Source of the DNA: a virus
IMG/VR virus record: IMGVR_UViG_3300042887_001434
Location: 3,021-67,020 of that record
Length of the DNA: 64,000 nucleotides
Direction: 5' to 3' (one strand)
This document shows positions 59,918 to 64,000 of the stretch, piece by piece. The stretch's first letter is position 1, and the number at the start of each line of letters is the position of its first letter. A program made the position numbers and the translations under genes. The notes under the pieces were generated by a model that saw only the letters and a program-made list of their open reading frames with translations, did no database searches and was not told where the DNA came from.

Positions 59918-60698
59918 ATGTTGGAAGTGATATAGCTGGCAATGAATTTTGTGGTTTGTTTCTCCAATCGAGAATAGCGAATGCTGGACGGCAAACTGAA
60001 TCTCCTACTACCTTTTTTCCCCATCGAGTTAGTAGTTGATATGCTCCAGTGATTACCATTGCAGCAGAACCATCTGTGTAAACTCCACCAACGTGCCTGT
60101 GCGCCCTTATAAATACTTTGGGGATACGATGGTCTACTCTTGCGTAGTTCAACCTAGCATTGCCCATAGCGATAGACATTCCTCCAGCCTCAAGATAAGC
60201 CCTGCCTGACGTAGTTGTGTGATGCTTCACGTCAAGCAATGTCCCGTGAATCTCAAGCAAACTTGTATCTCCACAATAAACTGCGCCTAACTTTTGAGCT
60301 ATTACCTTTTCAAATTCTTTGGTGTGGCATTCAGTTCCACGTACAACGTAGGTTTCCTGTGCTTTTTCGGATAGCAACTTGATACATTTAACAGATGCTT
60401 CCATGTGGTCAGCTTCAATAGCTGCTGTAACCTCTGTGTTGTGGTGATGTACACCATCCATCAAGTCTCCATTGCAAATAAGAACCCAAGGATCATTCCC
60501 AAAATGTTCGCAAGCAGTTTTAATTGTATGTTGCCATACATCCCACAACCATTTTTGGTGATAGTTCTTTCCAAATCCCACCACGTTTCCGCTACTCAGT
60601 TCCCCATCTGGAGGCCAAAGGGCAACTGTTGATCCAACGTGCAAGTCAGATATAACTACTGCGCCGATTGGTTTTCTTTTAGTTTTATTTTGTTTCAT
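59883..60698 (-). CDS. Calcineurin-like metallophosphoesterase
   Basis: ISDLHVG, NGDLMDG, GTECH, KHH, RAHRH. Confidence 0.85.
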   Translation of the reverse strand: MKQNKTKRKPIGAVVISDLHVGSTVALWPPDGELSSGNVVGFGKNYHQKWLWDVWQHTIKTACEHFGNDPWVLICNGDLMDGVHHHNTEVTAAIEADHMEASVKCIKLLSEKAQETYVVRGTECHTKEFEKVIAQKLGAVYCGDTSLLEIHGTLLDVKHHTTTSGRAYLEAGGMSIAMGNARLNYARVDHRIPKVFIRAHRHVGGVYTDGSAAMVITGAYQLLTRWGKKVVGDSVCRPAFAILDWRNKPQNSLPAISLPTYDPRQETITIV

Positions 60699-60885
60699 CT
60701 GAGAAACCGTCTTGCGAAAACATTGGTTCACCATTTTCTTTTAGGTGTGGAAAGTGTCGCAAGCATGAATAAGCTCTAGCTTTTAATTCTTTTACAGTTT
60801 TTGGTCTTGTGTCTGTAGACATTAGATCACGTAAAAAACTTTGCGTCTTTTTAAGTGAGTGATGTTGTTCGTATCTTAAGCTCAT
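60685..60885 (-). CDS. Hypothetical protein
   Basis: FLRDLM....PK...R.AYSCLRHFP. Confidence 0.65.
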   Translation of the reverse strand: MSLRYEQHHSLKKTQSFLRDLMSTDTRPKTVKELKARAYSCLRHFPHLKENGEPMFSQDGFSDETK

Positions 60886-61175
60886 AGTTCAATACCTCCA
60901 TCTTCGTCAAGTAAATACTCTTGCGGGAACTTGGATAACCCAAGCATTAACACTGTTTCAGCTTCCACTATTGCATCCTCATTAAGCTGCGGGAATAAAG
61001 CGTGAAGCAATTCATGGATCATTGTTCCAAGGCAATCTTCGTCTGGAGTAACGTAGATTCTTCTCTGATCAAATATGCAAAAACCAATAGCTCCATCTGC
61101 CACTTTAGGTGGAGGCTTAAAGAAAACTTTCCACTTTTCACTACGAATAGGAATTGTGGCAGTTTTTGTTTTCAC
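60882..61175 (-). CDS. Small HExxH metallopeptidase-like protein
   Basis: GFC..DQRRIYV...TMIHELLHA. Confidence 0.7.
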   Translation of the reverse strand: MKTKTATIPIRSEKWKVFFKPPPKVADGAIGFCIFDQRRIYVTPDEDCLGTMIHELLHALFPQLNEDAIVEAETVLMLGLSKFPQEYLLDEDGGIEL

Positions 61176-61312
61176 TTCATTACTTCTTTAATGATTTTTT
61201 TAACGTGAGAAATCTGTCTAGCTTTAAGGCATTGATTTAATGCTGCCTTTAATAATTGGATTTCTTTTTCAAGAGTATCAGTGTTTGACATGATTATATG
61301 AAACGCATTGTT

Positions 61313-61546
61313 TTATTTCGCTCCACCTTTAAATCCCTTAGCGAATTTTTCAGCTTCAGTTAGATTTCTCCCTAATGGATCAGTTGAATTGGAGCTTTGA
61401 TACATTGGCTTGGGGCTTTGATACATTGGCTTGTCATAAAAACCACTTTCACGTTTAGCTTTATTTTTTTTACCAAGCTCTCTTTGCTCAATAAATTTCA
61501 CATCTTCATCACTGAGTCCCCTGCGCTTTTGTTCTTCTGGTGTCAT
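61313..61546 (-). CDS. Small hypothetical protein
   Basis: 77 aa with duplicated KPMYQS. Confidence 0.55.
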   Translation of the reverse strand: MTPEEQKRRGLSDEDVKFIEQRELGKKNKAKRESGFYDKPMYQSPKPMYQSSNSTDPLGRNLTEAEKFAKGFKGGAK

Positions 61547-61550
61547 AGTT

Positions 61551-62099
61551 TTATTTTTCTATTAGTAAATATGGAATTGTTTTCTGTTTATACCTATCCA
61601 TCTCAGTATAAACTAAATTAATAAAAGCATCCCATTGGTCGGGATATATTGTTTGGCATCCTAGCGAACTTGTAGTTCCGTATCCCCCCTTATGAATATT
61701 GATAGCAATACCAAGTGAGTCGCCTTCTCCATCTCTAGTCACTGGCAACTCTTCATTTGCGTTAGCTGCACGTAACGCTGGATAACCACCACCTGGTTTA
61801 GATAAACCATGTTTGCCCTTCTTGAACCTGTGAACTCCAGCCTTTAGTGTAGCTATTCCTTTTCTGAAAATCGAAGGATCTGTGTTAGCATTGAATGAAA
61901 CATATGCGTCAGGAGAGATAACAAAAATAGCGTCATCGTATAATCCTCTGTCATTTTCTCCATTTTTACCCATGGTATCTAAGTAATATCCACGGATACC
62001 AAGTAAGGAAACATTATCGCTAACAGAAAACTTTGTCAGAATAGCTTCTGATTCTTCTCGCTTTTGTTGCGGTTTCCCTTTGGGGAGAATTGAACTCAT
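61551..62099 (-). CDS. Putative endolysin with L,D-transpeptidase-like motif
   Basis: LLGIRG, DDAIFV, NTDP, INIHKGG...SLGCQTI (His...Ser-x-Gly-Cys); downstream of membrane proteins. Confidence 0.65.
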   Translation of the reverse strand: MSSILPKGKPQQKREESEAILTKFSVSDNVSLLGIRGYYLDTMGKNGENDRGLYDDAIFVISPDAYVSFNANTDPSIFRKGIATLKAGVHRFKKGKHGLSKPGGGYPALRAANANEELPVTRDGEGDSLGIAINIHKGGYGTTSSLGCQTIYPDQWDAFINLVYTEMDRYKQKTIPYLLIEK

Positions 62100-62269
62100 T
62101 TACCTTTACGAATTACGTTAATCAATCCTACTGCGGATAGACCAGTTGTAATGATTTGATTCTGAAGTTCTGGATTCAACTTAACTCCTACTGCTGTAGC
62201 TATTAAAAGTAAACCCCTCCATGTAGAATTCTGGCTAAGGTGATCAAGAATTACGTTAAGAATTTTCAT
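62096..62269 (-). CDS. Holin-like small membrane protein
   Basis: 57 aa, QNSTWRGLLLIATAVGV...GLSAVGLINVIRKGK, two hydrophobic segments, ATGA overlap with the lysin; not in the ORF track. Confidence 0.7.
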   Translation of the reverse strand: MKILNVILDHLSQNSTWRGLLLIATAVGVKLNPELQNQIITTGLSAVGLINVIRKGK

Positions 62270-62270
62270 A

Positions 62271-62468
62271 TTATTTATCTCTAATTGTTGGTGAGTTATA
62301 TATTTCAGTATTCATCTTAGGGAATTTATAACCAAATGTCAAAGTCAAATATCCTAGTGATCCAGCATTCTCTCCATTGGGAGGGATAGGAATTGAGATG
62401 CAACCACTAAGTAAAAGCGTTATAAAAACAATACAGTATTTATAACAAGATGTATTTTTAAATAACAT
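62271..62468 (-). CDS. Small lipoprotein (spanin-like)
   Basis: Lipobox FITLLLSG-C followed by a Pro-rich segment, in the lysis cassette. Confidence 0.55.
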   Translation of the reverse strand: MLFKNTSCYKYCIVFITLLLSGCISIPIPPNGENAGSLGYLTLTFGYKFPKMNTEIYNSPTIRDK

Positions 62469-62474
62469 TATTTA

Positions 62475-62657
62475 TTAAGAACTTCTTTTGCTCCAATTTT
62501 TAATTATTATAGCAAGAGATCCCGCTCCTACTAAAATACCCATGCAAAGAGATGCTAATCTCAACCATTGTTCAATTTCTGGCAAGTAGGAAATAGCAAT
62601 TGATGTGGATGTTGCAAGCATACCTGTCATACTGGCGTTAAACGAGTTGTCGTTCAT
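62475..62657 (-). CDS. Small membrane protein (holin-like)
   Basis: WLRLASLCMGILVGAGSLAIIIKNWSKR; ATG at 62657 preferred. Confidence 0.6.
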   Translation of the reverse strand: MNDNSFNASMTGMLATSTSIAISYLPEIEQWLRLASLCMGILVGAGSLAIIIKNWSKRSS

Positions 62658-62866
62658 TCTGTTTCCTCGGTTTCTGGGAAATGTAAACCCAGTTGGGATA
62701 TGTGTATTTCGCATTCTTCGTGAGTCCCTGCAAATAATGTTTGTGGCGTGGCAATTGATTGGTCTGTTTGTTGGTAGAAAATAATGGTTTTCTCTTCATA
62801 TGCCAATTTCCATTTTCCTACAGAATCGTCGTATGACCAACCATTTGCACTTGGAGTAATTATCAT
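62654..62866 (-). CDS. Hypothetical protein
   Basis: 70 aa, 4-nt overlaps at both ends. Confidence 0.6.
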   Translation of the reverse strand: MIITPSANGWSYDDSVGKWKLAYEEKTIIFYQQTDQSIATPQTLFAGTHEECEIHISQLGLHFPETEETE

Positions 62867-63729
62867 GGGACTGTTACAGAGAGGGTTGAGGTAGCCGAAT
62901 TATAAGTTGCCGTTGTTCCAGCAGGAACTCCTGTAAGTGTCCCTACGCCCCAAGTGCCTGATGTTGACCCTTGGAAAAATCGAAATGTTGTCGTTCCAGA
63001 TGGAGGAGAAACATTGAACGAAACAGCAATGAATGAGCCAGTCGAGCTAAATGTTGCGGTCGCGGTTGATGCTCCAGTTGTTTTGAACGCTCGCAAAAAA
63101 CCCGTTGTAATAATTGTTTGCCCTGTGTAGGTTAATGTTCCCGACAGGACAATAGTCCCATTTCCTGTTTTACTGACATTTCCAGTCCCTGCAATATTGC
63201 CAGTAAAAGTTATTGTGTTTCCTCCAAGAGTGCGAATCTGAAGTGCAGTATTTAATTGAAAGTCATTAGGTAGGGTTACACTACCCCCCGAATCAATTCG
63301 TCCTGCGGCGTTCGAGAGAGTAAAGAGTCCTGTCCCAAAAGCATTGTTTGAGCTGTATTCTATCAGTCCAGATAACCCTCCCGAAACAAACGATGTCCCC
63401 CCAGAGTAGGTATTATTTCCGTTTATTGTTAAAACTGCCGTTCCAGTTTTTCTTAATGTTCCTGATCCGCTAATTACTCCGTTGAGAGTTGATGCGTTTG
63501 TAACTTCAAGCGTTCCAGCGTTGATTTGAGTCGCCCCAGTATAGTTGCAGACTCCAGATAGAGTTAATTGACCAGCCCCGTTCTTAATTAGCCCTATTGC
63601 ACCAGTAATCGCTTGCGAAATAGTTGTCGCGGCGTAACACAAAATCTGACGAAACGCCGCAGTTGCAGACGCAATTGCAGTTACATTGCTAGTTCCCACT
63701 TCTCCCGCATTGGAATCGGTTAATTTCAT
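62863..63729 (-). CDS. Protein with autotransporter-associated beta-strand (PATR) repeats
   Basis: Three repeats: GLIKNGAGQLTLSGVCNYTGATQINAGTL, TLRKTGTAVLTINGNNTYSGGT, VSKTGNGTIVLSGTLTYTGQTIITTGFL. Confidence 0.85.
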   Translation of the reverse strand: MKLTDSNAGEVGTSNVTAIASATAAFRQILCYAATTISQAITGAIGLIKNGAGQLTLSGVCNYTGATQINAGTLEVTNASTLNGVISGSGTLRKTGTAVLTINGNNTYSGGTSFVSGGLSGLIEYSSNNAFGTGLFTLSNAAGRIDSGGSVTLPNDFQLNTALQIRTLGGNTITFTGNIAGTGNVSKTGNGTIVLSGTLTYTGQTIITTGFLRAFKTTGASTATATFSSTGSFIAVSFNVSPPSGTTTFRFFQGSTSGTWGVGTLTGVPAGTTATYNSATSTLSVTVP

Positions 63730-64000
63730 CCGACGATGATGTAAAGCGTGTTAGGGGTTGGAGTGCCAATTGCGTTGTATGCCCCTTGAGTGATTTGCAC
63801 CATGTTAAGCAGTTGAGTCCCGCCTTGAGCCGCAGTCGTGTCTGAAAGAACAATATTTGCAGGAGTTGAACCAGTTGCACCTGTGGCTCCATTTAAACCA
63901 GTTGCTCCAGTCAATCCTGTCGCACCAACTAAACCACTAGATACTATTGCAAATATAAGTTGGTGGTTATTAGCAAACCCAGTTGTTCCTGTTCCAGCAG
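63726..64000 (-). CDS. C-terminal part of a collagen-like fibre gene (starts beyond the window)
   Basis: Frame open to the window end: [34 protein letters not shown]...ITQGAYNAIGTPTPNTLYIIVG. Confidence 0.8.
   Translation of the reverse strand, partial: AGTGTTGFANNHQLIFAIVSSGLVGATGLTGATGLNGATGATGSTPANIVLSDTTAAQGGTQLLNMVQITQGAYNAIGTPTPNTLYIIVG

Overview
This window is most of the genome of a tailed dsDNA bacteriophage with podovirus-like organisation (portal, scaffold, major capsid, large internal virion proteins, no tape measure or sheath). Both ends fall in collagen-like fibre genes, so the assembly is probably circularly permuted and near complete. Layout: 1-36.8 kb structural module (mostly minus strand, with an inverted terL island and several glycosyl/methyltransferases); 37-42.5 kb dCMP deaminase, DnaB, small ORFs, two tRNAs; 42.5-43.95 kb non-coding repeat region that probably holds the physical genome end; 44-49.9 kb plus-strand early genes; 50-58 kb minus-strand terS, recombination, replication initiator, ThyX, glycosyltransferase; 58-59.5 kb Zn-ribbon, MazG, HNH, RusA; 59.6-64 kb phosphoesterase, lysis and fibre genes. 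No integrase, CRISPR array, reverse transcriptase, DNA polymerase or RNA polymerase is visible. The host is tentatively a Verrucomicrobiota/PVC bacterium (inference only). Best candidates for novelty: (1) a TGT/DpdA-like base-exchange domain inside a 3352-aa putative ejected polyvalent protein that also has ADP-ribosyltransferase and zincin domains; (2) seven sigma54 (-24/-12) promoter motifs, six of them serving the early region, with upstream palindromes and an IHF site; (3) a RusA resolvase split across two frames and joined by an in-frame A_AAA_AAG -1 slippery site; (4) two sequence-unrelated leaders sharing a loop-loop hairpin/terminator architecture, plus two candidate structured ncRNAs. 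All family calls come from motifs read by eye, not from database searches.
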